Source of the DNA: Frankiaceae bacterium
GTDB taxonomy: Bacteria; Actinomycetota; Actinomycetes; JAFAQI01
Reading direction: 5' to 3'
Assembly: GCA_019239875.1 (NCBI GenBank)
Contig: JAFAZI010000133.1
Location: 130-64,129 of the forward strand
Length of the DNA: 64,000 nt
Shown: piece by piece, positions 31,419 through 41,126 of the stretch
Position numbering within the stretch: the stretch's first letter is position 1
Layout of the letters: each line of letters begins with the position of its first letter
The notes under the pieces: model-generated
What the model saw: the letters and a program-made list of their open reading frames with translations, nothing else
Databases searched by the model: none
What the model was told of the DNA's origin: nothing
Program-made: the position numbers and the translations under genes

Positions 31419-32303
31419 ATGGCCAGGTTGCTGCTCGCGCTCGCAGCACTCGCCATCAGCTGTTCCGGCTGCAGCACGATCCCGGCCCGCGCGAGCGACG
31501 GTCGGCTCCAGGTGGTCGCGGGGGAGAACTTCTGGGGTGACCTCGCCCGCCAGGTCGGTGGCGACCGGGTCGACGTCACGAGCCTGATCAACAGCCCGGA
31601 CGCGGACCCACATCTGTTCGAGCCGGGCACCAGCAGTGGTCTCGCGGTCGCCGGTGCCGACGTCGTCATCGTCAACGGCGCGGACTACGACGGCTTCATG
31701 GACCGGTTGATCGCCGCGGCACCATCGACCTCGCGCCAAGTTGTCTCGGTAGCCGATGTCCTGCACGCCGCTGGCAGCGACGTGAACCCTCACTTCTGGT
31801 ACGACGTACCCCGGCTTCCCGACGTCGTGCGGGCGATCGGCGCGGCCATGCAGACGGCTGACCCCGCTCACGCCGCGCACTATCGCCGCGGCGTCGCCGC
31901 GACGATCCGCTCGCTGCATCCCTTGCAGGCGGCCGTCGCGGGCCTGAGCGACGGCTTCAGCGGTACGCCGGTCGCGTACACCGAGCGAGTTCCTGGCTAC
32001 CTGCTGGCCGCTGCGCACCTGCGCGTGATCCCGGTCGCGAGCTTCACCCATGCGATCGAGTCCGGCGTCGACCCATCCTTTGCCGACATCGCCGCCATGC
32101 GCGATCTCATCACCGGGCACCGGATCCGTGCCTTGCTGGTCAACGAGCAGGCCCAGACGACGATCGTCGACCAGCTCGTCTCGCTGGCGCGAAACGATGG
32201 CGTCGCCGTCGTGGGTGTCACCGAGACCCGCCCGGCGAGCACGACGTTCGAGCGCTGGCAGCTCGACCAGATCCGCGCCCTCGACAATGCGCTGGCCCGA
32301 TGA
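31419..32303 (+). CDS. metal ABC transporter substrate-binding lipoprotein (ZnuA/TroA family)
   Basis: Lipoprotein signal (LAISCSGCS) and the cluster-9 metal-binding SBP fold. Confidence 0.75.
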   Translation: MARLLLALAALAISCSGCSTIPARASDGRLQVVAGENFWGDLARQVGGDRVDVTSLINSPDADPHLFEPGTSSGLAVAGADVVIVNGADYDGFMDRLIAAAPSTSRQVVSVADVLHAAGSDVNPHFWYDVPRLPDVVRAIGAAMQTADPAHAAHYRRGVAATIRSLHPLQAAVAGLSDGFSGTPVAYTERVPGYLLAAAHLRVIPVASFTHAIESGVDPSFADIAAMRDLITGHRIRALLVNEQAQTTIVDQLVSLARNDGVAVVGVTETRPASTTFERWQLDQIRALDNALAR

Positions 32304-33103
32304 GCGCGGTCGTCTCGCTCTCGGGAGTTGCCGCGGCGTACCCCGGCCGGACGCTCTGGCGTGACCTCAGCCTCGACATCCAGCCCGGCGAGTTCGTCGC
32401 CGTGCTCGGTGGGAACGGCACCGGCAAGACCACGCTGCTCAAGCTCCTGCTCGGCACGCTGCGTCCGGCGGCCGGCGAGGTCCGGATCCTCGGCGACGCC
32501 GTGCGCCGCGGGGACCGCCGGGTCGGCTACATGCCGCAGCACCGCAACTTCGACCGGGATCTACCCGCGCGGGGCATCGACCTCGTCGCGCTCGGCGCCG
32601 TCGGCCACCGGTTCGGCCTGCGTCGCACAACGGCTGGCACCCGCGATCGAATCCGTCACGCGATTGCTGCCGTCGGCGCAGCCGGGTACGCCTCGGCGCC
32701 GGTCGGGCTGCTGTCAGGTGGTGAGCAGCAGCGACTGCGAGTGGCCGCTGCGATCGTGGACGACCCGGCGCTGATCCTGGCGGACGAGCCGCTCGCCTCG
32801 CTCGACGTCGGCAGCCAGCGCCAGGTCGCAGACGTCCTCGACAGCTGCCGCACCTCGACCGGCGCCGCGGTCGTCGTGGTGACCCACGATGTCAACCCGC
32901 TGCTGCGCCACGTCGACCGCGTCCTGTACCTCGCGGCCGGCCGGTGGGCGGCCGGAACGACCGACGAGGTGTTGACCAGTGCGCGCCTGTCCGCGCTGTA
33001 TGGCTTGCAGGTCGACGTCGTCCGGGTTCGCGATCACGTCGTGATCGTCGGTGCGCCCGACGACCCGCACGGCCACCATCACCACCACGGTGGGGAGGCC
33101 TGA
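32300..33103 (+). CDS. metal ABC transporter ATP-binding protein with C-terminal His-rich tail
   Basis: Walker A (GGNGTGKTT), ABC signature (LSGGEQQR), Walker B (ILADEP), and a C-terminal HGHHHHHGGEA tail. Confidence 0.85.
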   Translation: MSAVVSLSGVAAAYPGRTLWRDLSLDIQPGEFVAVLGGNGTGKTTLLKLLLGTLRPAAGEVRILGDAVRRGDRRVGYMPQHRNFDRDLPARGIDLVALGAVGHRFGLRRTTAGTRDRIRHAIAAVGAAGYASAPVGLLSGGEQQRLRVAAAIVDDPALILADEPLASLDVGSQRQVADVLDSCRTSTGAAVVVVTHDVNPLLRHVDRVLYLAAGRWAAGTTDEVLTSARLSALYGLQVDVVRVRDHVVIVGAPDDPHGHHHHHGGEA

Positions 33104-33939
33104 TGTTTCTCTCCCTGCTGCATCAGCACTTCGTCCACCTCGCCCTGATCGCCGCAGCCGTCGCGGCTGTCGTGTCCGGTGCGCTCTCGCCGCTCGTCAT
33201 CGCCCGCGGTCAGGCGTTCTCCGTGCACGGCATCGCCGAGCTCGGGCTCACCGGCGCCGCGGGTGGACTCCTGGCCGGCATCGATGCCGCGAGCGGAGCA
33301 TTGATCGGTTCGGCGGGCGTCGGCGCCCTGCTGGGAGTCCTCGGGCTGCGGGACCGTGACCGAGACGCCGCGACTGGTGTGGTCCTTGCCTTCGGTCTTG
33401 GTCTGGGTGCGCTGTTCATCCGGCGCCTCCAGAACAACAGCGCGAGTACGACGTTCGGCCTCGCGTTCGGCTCCATCACCTCCGTGTCGACCCACGAGGT
33501 CGAGCTGCTCGCCATCGTTGGCGCGGCTGTGCTTGCCATCCTCGCGATCTGCTGGCGTCCGTTGTGGTTCGCCTCGATCGACCCGGAGGCGGCCGCAGCG
33601 CGGGGTGTTCCGGTGCGCGCCATCGCCGTCGGCTTTCCGATCCTGCTCGGCGCGGCCGTGTCCGAGGTGCTACAGATCACCGGCGCACTGCTGATCTTGA
33701 CCCTGATCGTCACCCCGGCGGCCGCCGCCACGCGCCTGTCGGCCCGGCCCGGCGTCGTCATGGTGTGGTCGATCGGGCTGGCCCTGCTGGCCTCGGTCGG
33801 CGGCGTGTTGGCAACGTTGCAGTGGCCGACACCGCCAGCCTCCTTCTTCGTGGCGACGATCTCGTTCGCCAGCTATGTGATCGCGCGGATCGCAGGCGAT
33901 CGGCTGCGCGCACGGCGCCCAGCACAATTGCACGCATGA
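33103..33939 (+). CDS. metal ABC transporter permease (ABC-3 / ZnuB family)
   Basis: Polytopic membrane protein of the ABC-3 family. ATGA overlap with the ATPase gene; the track ORF is over-extended. Confidence 0.75.
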   Translation: MFLSLLHQHFVHLALIAAAVAAVVSGALSPLVIARGQAFSVHGIAELGLTGAAGGLLAGIDAASGALIGSAGVGALLGVLGLRDRDRDAATGVVLAFGLGLGALFIRRLQNNSASTTFGLAFGSITSVSTHEVELLAIVGAAVLAILAICWRPLWFASIDPEAAAARGVPVRAIAVGFPILLGAAVSEVLQITGALLILTLIVTPAAAATRLSARPGVVMVWSIGLALLASVGGVLATLQWPTPPASFFVATISFASYVIARIAGDRLRARRPAQLHA

Positions 33940-34694
33940 CCGAACGCCGCACGTTGCGGGACGAGGTGTGGCTCGTCTTCGGTCTGTCGCTCGGCGCCTC
34001 GGCAGTGCGAGCCCTGGTGAGCTTCATCGGGTCGGTCACCAGTGGTCGATCGCTCACGTCACAGGTCGCGCTGCTCAACGGGACTCGAGCCCCCGGTCGC
34101 CCGTGGCTCGATCTCGCCCTCCAGCTGGTTGTGCTGGCGCTCGGTGTCGTGCCGGTCTTCCTGGTCGCACACTTCCTGAATCGATCCGGCGAGCGGCTGG
34201 CGACGATCGGAGTCGACCCGTCGGAGCCACGGCGCGACGGCCTGCGCGGCACCGCCTTGGCGGCGGTGGTGGGTGGGGCCGGCCTCGGCCTCTACCTGAT
34301 CGTGCATGCGTCCGGTGCCAACCTCACCGTCGTACCGGAGAACCTTCCCGCCGTCTGGTGGCGGATCCCCGTGCTGCTGCTGTCCGCACTGCAGAACGCG
34401 ACCCTCGAAGAGGTGATCGTTGCCGGCTACCTGCTGCATCGCCTCAAGCAGTTCGGCTGGTCGGACGGCAGAGCCCTCGGACTGTCAGCCCTGATTCGCG
34501 GCAGCTACCACCTCTATCAAGGGGTCGGCGGCTTCGCGGGCAACGCGATCATGGGCCTGATCTTCGGCCGGCTCTACCAGCGATGGGGCCGTGTGATGCC
34601 GCTGCTCATCGCACACACGCTGATGGACAGCGTCGCCTTCGTCGGGTACGCCGAACTCGCCGGGCACGTGGGATGGCTGCCGACTCCGAAGTAG
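33936..34694 (+). CDS. CPBP-family intramembrane metalloprotease (CAAX protease / Abi)
   Basis: EExxxR-type motif (LEEVIVAGYLLHRL) and downstream His motifs in a polytopic protein. Overlaps the permease by 4 nt. Confidence 0.65.
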   Translation: MTERRTLRDEVWLVFGLSLGASAVRALVSFIGSVTSGRSLTSQVALLNGTRAPGRPWLDLALQLVVLALGVVPVFLVAHFLNRSGERLATIGVDPSEPRRDGLRGTALAAVVGGAGLGLYLIVHASGANLTVVPENLPAVWWRIPVLLLSALQNATLEEVIVAGYLLHRLKQFGWSDGRALGLSALIRGSYHLYQGVGGFAGNAIMGLIFGRLYQRWGRVMPLLIAHTLMDSVAFVGYAELAGHVGWLPTPK

Positions 34695-34697
34695 GTC

Positions 34698-35087
34698 TCA
34701 GGTGGTCCACGTGGTGGCGCTCGCCTCGAACGCGTCGCTCAGCTGAACGCGCACGACGCAGAAGACCGTGCCGACCGGGTCGCGCATGACGACCCAGCGC
34801 TTCGGCCTGCCGACAACCGTCGCGCCGAGCGCAGTCAGCCGCGCGACCTCTGCCTCGACGTCATCGGTCTCGATGTCGAGATGAACCCGAGCGGTGTCGT
34901 CGCCGACCGACTGCACCATGAACTGCACCCCGGGCGTCGGTTCGCCGAAGCCGGTGTACTCGGAGTCGTCGACCCCGACCTCCGCGGGTCGATCGAGTGC
35001 CTGTTGCCAGAAGGTGACCTCACGGTCGTAGTCGGCATGCGGCACGTCGATGAGCGCGCTGCACAGCCTGCTGCGGTGACTAGGCAT
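34698..35087 (-). CDS. VOC/glyoxalase-family protein
   Basis: Glyoxalase-like βαβββ fold pattern. Paralogue of the adjacent gene. Confidence 0.6.
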   Translation of the reverse strand: MPSHRSRLCSALIDVPHADYDREVTFWQQALDRPAEVGVDDSEYTGFGEPTPGVQFMVQSVGDDTARVHLDIETDDVEAEVARLTALGATVVGRPKRWVVMRDPVGTVFCVVRVQLSDAFEASATTWTT

Positions 35088-35481
35088 CCGCGTCCGCCGC
35101 CTTCTGCTGGGCGACCTTGAGATCTTGCACGACGCAGAACGTCACACCCGCTGGGTCGCGCATCACGGCCCAGTGATGGCTTCTCGACACCTCCGTCGCG
35201 CCGAGGCTCTTCAGCCGCTCGACGTCCGCGTCGCGATCCTCGCTGTCGAAGTCGATATGAACGCGGTGGGTGTCGTCGCCCGTGGCCTGAACCATGAAGT
35301 AGAGACCGGGCGTCACGTCGTCGTACTGGGCATAGTCCGGGAACTTCTCGCTGTACTCCGGCTGCCTGCCGAGCGCCGCGCTCCAGAACTCGACCGCCCG
35401 CGCATGGTCGCTCTTGGGGACGTCGACGAACGCGCCGGCCAGCCGCATCGGTGCCGTCATGGCCGGAGCCTCGCACGGCAC
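35080..35481 (-). CDS. VOC/glyoxalase-family protein (tandem paralogue)
   Basis: Shared blocks with the downstream copy (…FMVQ…GDDT.RVH.D…, …ERL..LGAT…, …WAVMRDP.G..FCVV…). Confidence 0.6.
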   Translation of the reverse strand: MPCEAPAMTAPMRLAGAFVDVPKSDHARAVEFWSAALGRQPEYSEKFPDYAQYDDVTPGLYFMVQATGDDTHRVHIDFDSEDRDADVERLKSLGATEVSRSHHWAVMRDPAGVTFCVVQDLKVAQQKAADADA

Positions 35482-35546
35482 CGCCGCGAATTCATCGGTG
35501 CAGTTGCGATCGTGACGGACCTGTTGCCGTCAGGGCCGACAGATCT

Positions 35547-36551
35547 TCAGTGAATGGTCACCGAGAAGTAGTTCGCGAACGGCGCATTCCTGACCCGGAG
35601 CTTGCCGAACGCACTCTCGTGGATCGTGATGGCTCCCTTCCATGACGTGTCGTACTCCCGGCCCCGCTCGGTCCCCGTCTTGCACGCCTGCGAGTAGGGA
35701 CGCTTGGTGCTGCTCACGAGCAGGGCTTTGCCGGTCGCGATGCTTCCTGCCGCCGTCCGGATCCGAAGCGCTGGATGACCGTGCTTGTTGATCGCCTTCG
35801 GCAGCGGCGCCTTCGTTTTCGCGTCGTCGACGCGGAACGCGCCGTCCGGGGCGGCGAGGCGGACCAGCCGGTTTGCCTCGATCGTGCTCTTCGGCCTCGG
35901 GCGCTTCGGCCCGGTCAGAGTGCTGCCCACCAGGCTGACGTGGTTGTGGTAGGTGCTCCACGACGTGCCGGCCTGGCACGGCACCTGACGTGCGCAAGCC
36001 TCCTCGGCGTCCGGACCGTGCTCGCCGACGAGAGTTCCGTGCGTCATCCGGATGTGGCGCTTGGCGACCCTGCCCCAGTGCTTGTTGTGCGTCTTGAACG
36101 CAACGGTGCCCTTGGTGGTCATCGTCGCCGTCTGCGTGTAGCTGCCCGGGCCACATGTGTGTTTGGTGAACGAGGTGTTCGGATGCGTCCTCAGCCGGAT
36201 CTTGCCGTACGGCTTGGCCTGCTTGCCGGTTCGCACCCGGTGGTTCGTGAACGACCCACCGTGAACCGAGAAGGTCCACGAGTGCGACTCCGACCGGTCC
36301 TTCGTCATCAGCTCGACGGTCACGGCGCCCGGACTGCCGGCGTCTGACGTGCCGTCGGTGCTGAACCGCTTCGCAGTCACGAACATGATGAGGTGCTGGC
36401 CGGTTGTCGTCACGACCACGTGGCCGCCGCTGTCATACAAGGTCAGCGACTCCGGGACCGCGGCGAATGCCGCGGGGCTCGCCGCGACGGCCGCGCCTGC
36501 AACGACGGCGCTGCACGCCAGCGCGGCACCGGACCGAGTCAATCGGGACAT
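35547..36551 (-). CDS. secreted hypothetical protein, paralogue family member 1 (4 conserved Cys)
   Basis: Signal peptide MSRLTRSGAALACSAVVAGAAVAASPAAFA. Conserved blocks shared with the upstream neighbour (ESHSWTF, PYG, HGPDAEEAC). Confidence 0.65.
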   Translation of the reverse strand: MSRLTRSGAALACSAVVAGAAVAASPAAFAAVPESLTLYDSGGHVVVTTTGQHLIMFVTAKRFSTDGTSDAGSPGAVTVELMTKDRSESHSWTFSVHGGSFTNHRVRTGKQAKPYGKIRLRTHPNTSFTKHTCGPGSYTQTATMTTKGTVAFKTHNKHWGRVAKRHIRMTHGTLVGEHGPDAEEACARQVPCQAGTSWSTYHNHVSLVGSTLTGPKRPRPKSTIEANRLVRLAAPDGAFRVDDAKTKAPLPKAINKHGHPALRIRTAAGSIATGKALLVSSTKRPYSQACKTGTERGREYDTSWKGAITIHESAFGKLRVRNAPFANYFSVTIH

Positions 36552-36564
36552 GTTCCCTCTCCTG

Positions 36565-37602
36565 TCATGCGACGTGGTACTTCTCGAATGTCGCGCCGGC
36601 CTTCGCAAGTGAGATGGGACCGAAGATCTCTTCGGCGAACGTCAGCGGCTGGTCGGCGGCGACGTACTTCGCGGTCCACAGTTTGCCTTTCTCCTGGCCG
36701 CCGGCGCACCCCGTCGCCCACGGGCTGTGTGCGGTCGCGGTGAGGGTGCCACCGCCCGCAACTGCGGGTTGCGCGGCGTCGGCGACGACGGAGAGCGTCT
36801 TGGTGCCGTTCAGCTTCGTGAGCCTCTGATGGCTGGCGCCCGCGATCACTTCGTCGAGGCGAAAGCCACCGACCGGCTTCAACAGCTCGGTGTAACGGTC
36901 ACCACGGATGGTCCCGATCGGATGGTCACCCTGCGCGCCGACCAGGTCGCCCGAGAGCGTGATGTCGCCTTTCGATGCCAGCCAGCTGATGCCGTGCAGG
37001 CACACCGGAAATCCGGTGCATGCCTCCTCGTTGTCGGGGCCGTGCCCGCCGTACAGCTTGCCCTTGAGGGTGATGTTCCTCAGCTTCACGGTGCCCCAGG
37101 AGCTCGGCCCGGCCGAGTGCGTCCTCAGCTTGACCGAGCCCTTCAGCGTCACTTTGTGCGTCACGGAGAAGTCGCCTGCGCCGCAGTCGTGCTTCACGCC
37201 CTTGTGAGCCGCCGAGATCGACAGATCCACGGACCCGTACGGCGCCACCTGGTGACCGGTTTTGAGCTGACCGTCAGCGTTGCTGGCGTTACGGAACGAG
37301 TCCTTGGCGAGATCGAAGGTCCACGCATGTGACTCGGTGCCATTGAGGTTGGTCAACGTCGCGGTCAGCTTGCTCGCCGCGTGTGCGTCGGGTTTCGAAG
37401 CACGAGAGTGTCGCTCCGCTCCGAGCGTCAGGATGAGGTCCTTGCCGGTGGTCGATCGCACCGGTTGCGGTGCAGTGTCCAGTCGAGTGCTGCTCTCCGG
37501 CAGCTGACCGGCGACGGCAGCGGGCGTGGTGATCAGCAACCCGCTGCCCGCGAGGATTCCGGCCGTCACCGACGCAAGCACCGTGCGAAGCGATCGAGGC
37601 AC
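36565..37602 (-). CDS. secreted hypothetical protein, paralogue family member 2
   Basis: GTG start giving [32 protein letters not shown]. Shares the ESHAWTF, PYG and HGPDNEEAC blocks with the downstream gene. Confidence 0.6.
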   Translation of the reverse strand: MPRSLRTVLASVTAGILAGSGLLITTPAAVAGQLPESSTRLDTAPQPVRSTTGKDLILTLGAERHSRASKPDAHAASKLTATLTNLNGTESHAWTFDLAKDSFRNASNADGQLKTGHQVAPYGSVDLSISAAHKGVKHDCGAGDFSVTHKVTLKGSVKLRTHSAGPSSWGTVKLRNITLKGKLYGGHGPDNEEACTGFPVCLHGISWLASKGDITLSGDLVGAQGDHPIGTIRGDRYTELLKPVGGFRLDEVIAGASHQRLTKLNGTKTLSVVADAAQPAVAGGGTLTATAHSPWATGCAGGQEKGKLWTAKYVAADQPLTFAEEIFGPISLAKAGATFEKYHVA

Positions 37603-37719
37603 TGCGTCTCCAACCCGTTTGACGAGGCCTATTTGTCTCACGCCGTGCCGACCGATGCGAGCGTTGGCGCGCGGGTCGCGGCAATTGGCGCTGCCTCGTT
37701 TCGCCGTACCCTGGCAGCC

Positions 37720-39147
37720 GTGGAGCGGCGGACGTATGAGGTGCGCACCTTCGGCTGCCAGATGAACGTGCACGACTCCGAACGGATCGCGGGACTGCTC
37801 GAAGCCTCTGGTTATGTCGCAGCGGCGGACGGCACCACTGCGGATGTCGTCGTGTTCAACACCTGCGCGGTGCGGGAGAACGCCGACAACCGCCTCTACG
37901 GCAACCTCGGCTACCTGGTTCGGACCAAGGCGCAGCACCCCGGCATGCAGATCGCGGTTGGCGGCTGCCTCGCGCAGAAGGACCAGCGCACGATCGTCGA
38001 ACGGGCGCCGTGGGTCGATGTGGTGTTCGGCACGCACAACATCGGATCGCTGCCCGTCCTGCTCGAACGGGCTCGGGTCGAGCAGGAGGCCCAGGTCGAG
38101 CTGCTCGAGGCGCTCGAGACATTTCCCTCGACCCTGCCGACCCGACGGGAGTCGGCGTACCGGGCCTGGGTGTCGATCAGCGTCGGGTGCAACAACACCT
38201 GCACGTTTTGCATCGTCCCCTCGCTGCGGGGCCGGGAGAAGGACCGGCGGCCGGGGGAGGTGCTGGCCGAGGTGGCGGCGCTGGTCGACGACGGCGTGCT
38301 CGAGGTGACGTTGCTCGGGCAGAACGTCAATTCCTACGGCGTGGAGTTCGGCGACCGCGAGGCGTTCGGGAAGCTGTTGCGGGCCTGCGGTGAGATCGAC
38401 GGCCTCGAGCGGGTCCGCTTCACGTCACCGCACCCTCGCGACTTCACGGACGACGTCATCACGGCGATGGCCCAGACGGCCAACGTGATGCCCAGTCTGC
38501 ACATGCCGCTGCAGTCCGGCAGCGATCGTGTGCTTGCGGCGATGCGACGCTCTTACCGCGCCGAGAAATACCTCGGCATCATCGATCGCGTCCGCGAGGC
38601 GATGCCCGACGCGGCGATCACCACTGACATCATCGTCGGGTTCCCCGGCGAGACCGAGGCCGACTTCGCGCAGACCCTCGAGGTGGTTGAACGCGCGCGA
38701 TTCGCCAGTGCGTTCACCTTCCAGTATTCGCCGCGTCCCGGCACGCCGGCGGCGTCGATGCCCGACCAGGTGCCGCCGGAGGTCGTCGCCGAGCGCTATC
38801 AGCGGCTCGTCGCCGCCGTCGAGAGGTCGGCGTGGGCAGGCAATCAGGCCTGTCTCGGTACGACGGTCGAGGTCCTCGTCGCGGAGGGCGAGGGGCGCAA
38901 GGACGATGCGACGGCGCGCTTGTCCGGTCGGGCGAGGGACAACCGCCTCGTTCACGTCGCCGCGTGCGATGCCCGGCCAGGTGACGTCGTGACGGCGGTG
39001 GTCACGTATGCGGCGCCGCACCACCTCGTCGCGGACGAGGTGACCGGGGTACGACGTACTCGTGGCGGCGACGCATGGCAGTCGCGGCGTGACGCCCCTA
39101 CGGAGCCATCGGGGGTGCTCCTCGGCATTCCCACCGTCCGGGCCTGA
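37720..39147 (+). CDS. miaB: tRNA-2-methylthio-N6-dimethylallyladenosine synthase MiaB
   Basis: [19 protein letters not shown]-terminus, radical [13 protein letters not shown], and TRAM domain. The start is uncertain (GTG 37720 or GTG 37645); the track ORF start at 37381 is too far upstream. Confidence 0.85.
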   Translation: MERRTYEVRTFGCQMNVHDSERIAGLLEASGYVAAADGTTADVVVFNTCAVRENADNRLYGNLGYLVRTKAQHPGMQIAVGGCLAQKDQRTIVERAPWVDVVFGTHNIGSLPVLLERARVEQEAQVELLEALETFPSTLPTRRESAYRAWVSISVGCNNTCTFCIVPSLRGREKDRRPGEVLAEVAALVDDGVLEVTLLGQNVNSYGVEFGDREAFGKLLRACGEIDGLERVRFTSPHPRDFTDDVITAMAQTANVMPSLHMPLQSGSDRVLAAMRRSYRAEKYLGIIDRVREAMPDAAITTDIIVGFPGETEADFAQTLEVVERARFASAFTFQYSPRPGTPAASMPDQVPPEVVAERYQRLVAAVERSAWAGNQACLGTTVEVLVAEGEGRKDDATARLSGRARDNRLVHVAACDARPGDVVTAVVTYAAPHHLVADEVTGVRRTRGGDAWQSRRDAPTEPSGVLLGIPTVRA

Positions 39148-40058
39148 TGCCGCGAGTCGTCGCGGTCGTCGGTCCGACCGCCACCGGCAAGTCCGCCCTC
39201 GGGGTCGCCATCGCGGCTGCCGTCGGTGGCGAGGTGATCAACGCGGACTCGATGCAGCTGTACCGCGGCATGGACATCGGGACGGCCAAGCTGACCGATG
39301 CCGAGCGCAGTGGCGTGCCGCATCACCTGCTCGACATCTGGGACGTCACACAGACGGCAAGTGTCGCGGACTACCAAGCTCGTGCGCGGGGCCGCATCGA
39401 TGAGCTCCTGGCGGGTGGCGTGACGCCGGTGCTCGTGGGTGGCAGCGGTTTGTACGTGCGCGCGGTTCTCGACCGGATCGAGTTCCCGGGCACTGATGCC
39501 GAGGTGCGGGGTCAGCTCGAGGCCGACCTGGCCGAGGTCGGCGCACCGGCGCTGCACGCGCGACTCGCGGCGGTCGACCCGGCCGCGGCGTCGGCGATCG
39601 CGCCGGAGAACGGCCGCAAGATCGTTCGCGCGCTCGAGGTGATGGCGCTCACCGGTCAACCGTTCACGGCGGCGCTGCCGACCTACGACGAGCCGTATTA
39701 CGACGCGGTGCAGATCGGGCTCGACCTGCCGACCAACCAGCTCGACCTACGGATCACCAAGCGGGTGGAGCACATGATCGAGCAGGGGTTCCTCGACGAG
39801 GTGCGCGCCCTCGATGCTGTGGGCCTGCGCGATGGTGTCACCGCCTCGCGCGCGCTCGGCTATGCCCAGTTGCTCGCCGTGATCGACGGCCGCCGCGACC
39901 TTGCTGCCGCGATCGCCGAAACCGCGCAGGCGACCCGGCGATTCGTGCGCCGGCAACGCTCGTGGTTCCGCCGTGACCCGCGGATCACCTGGCACGAACC
40001 GAGCGAGACGCTGCTCGCCGACGCGCTGCAGGCGATCGGCGCATCGTCCCGATCCTGA
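39147..40058 (+). CDS. miaA: tRNA dimethylallyltransferase MiaA
   Basis: P-loop (VVGPTATGKS) and IPP-transferase family. ATGA overlap with miaB. Confidence 0.92.
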   Translation: MPRVVAVVGPTATGKSALGVAIAAAVGGEVINADSMQLYRGMDIGTAKLTDAERSGVPHHLLDIWDVTQTASVADYQARARGRIDELLAGGVTPVLVGGSGLYVRAVLDRIEFPGTDAEVRGQLEADLAEVGAPALHARLAAVDPAAASAIAPENGRKIVRALEVMALTGQPFTAALPTYDEPYYDAVQIGLDLPTNQLDLRITKRVEHMIEQGFLDEVRALDAVGLRDGVTASRALGYAQLLAVIDGRRDLAAAIAETAQATRRFVRRQRSWFRRDPRITWHEPSETLLADALQAIGASSRS

Positions 40059-40268
40059 ACACATCCGGCCCATCCATCCCGCCGAAAGCGGACAGCGAGC
40101 GCGTTACGGCGCAGATATTGCTCGGATGTGTGCAGATTCGGGCAAGTTGACCACCCCGGGGTGGCCCGTCCGACGGTCCAAATATGACCACAGCGGGCCA
40201 TGTTGTGACGATCGGTCCGGATTGATACTGCGATCAGCCCACATTGCACACGTATCCGGGAGGACCCC

Positions 40269-41126
40269 ATGTCGAGCCTCGACCTCGACCTCGTACCGGC
40301 ACTCGCCCGTGCGGTCGAAGAGGACGCCCTGGTTGTTCACTATCAGCCTGAGGTCGATCTCGCCAGCGGCGCCGTCGTCGGCATGGAGGCACTGCTGCGC
40401 TGGCAACACCCCAAGCGCGGCCTGCTCTGGCCGGTCGACTTCCTCGCCATCGCCGACCGGGCCGGCCTGCTTCCGACGCTCGGCTGGGAGGTGCTCCGTC
40501 GCGGCGCCAAGGAACTGGCGTCGTGGCGTTCGTTGCCGCCGATCGAGGACACGCCGCGCCAGCTCTGGGTGAACGTCTCCGCGTCGCAGCTGCTCCAGGC
40601 CGATTTCGTCGACCGGATCGCCGCGCTGATCACCGAGCACGAGCTCGCGCCGAACACCCTCGGTCTCGAGGTGACGGAGGAGACGCTGGCGACCGGCAGC
40701 AAGCACGCCCCCCAGCTGCTGCGGGAGCTGCGTGAAGTGGGTGTCGCGCTCGCCATCGACGACTTCGGCAGCTGGTACTCCGCGCTCGGCACACTCGGCG
40801 AGCTGCCGATCGATGCGGTCAAACTCGACCAGCCGTTCGTCCGAGGGGTGGGCTCCGACCTCGAGAACGACTCCATCGTCTCCTCCGTGATCGCGCTGGC
40901 CCATGCCCACGGTGTCCGCGTGGTCGCGGAGGGCGTCGAGAGCTGGAGCGAGGGCGCCCGGCTCTGCGAGCTCGGCTGCGACCGGGCCTTGGGCTACCTG
41001 TTCAGCGGCCCGCAGATCGCCGAGCACGCGCGGCTGATGATGGCGCACGGCGCCGGCTGGAGCGCGCCCCGCCAGCGCAAGCCGGCCGACGACCAGCAGC
41101 CTGCGCGCCTACCCTTGGAAGGGTGA
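40269..41126 (+). CDS. standalone EAL-domain protein (c-di-GMP phosphodiesterase-like)
   Basis: EAL motif (GMEALLRW), DDFG, KLDQPFV, EGVES and QGYLFSGP catalytic-site blocks are present. A long 5' leader spans 40059-40268. The stop overlaps the dapF start. Confidence 0.8.
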   Translation: MSSLDLDLVPALARAVEEDALVVHYQPEVDLASGAVVGMEALLRWQHPKRGLLWPVDFLAIADRAGLLPTLGWEVLRRGAKELASWRSLPPIEDTPRQLWVNVSASQLLQADFVDRIAALITEHELAPNTLGLEVTEETLATGSKHAPQLLRELREVGVALAIDDFGSWYSALGTLGELPIDAVKLDQPFVRGVGSDLENDSIVSSVIALAHAHGVRVVAEGVESWSEGARLCELGCDRALGYLFSGPQIAEHARLMMAHGAGWSAPRQRKPADDQQPARLPLEG

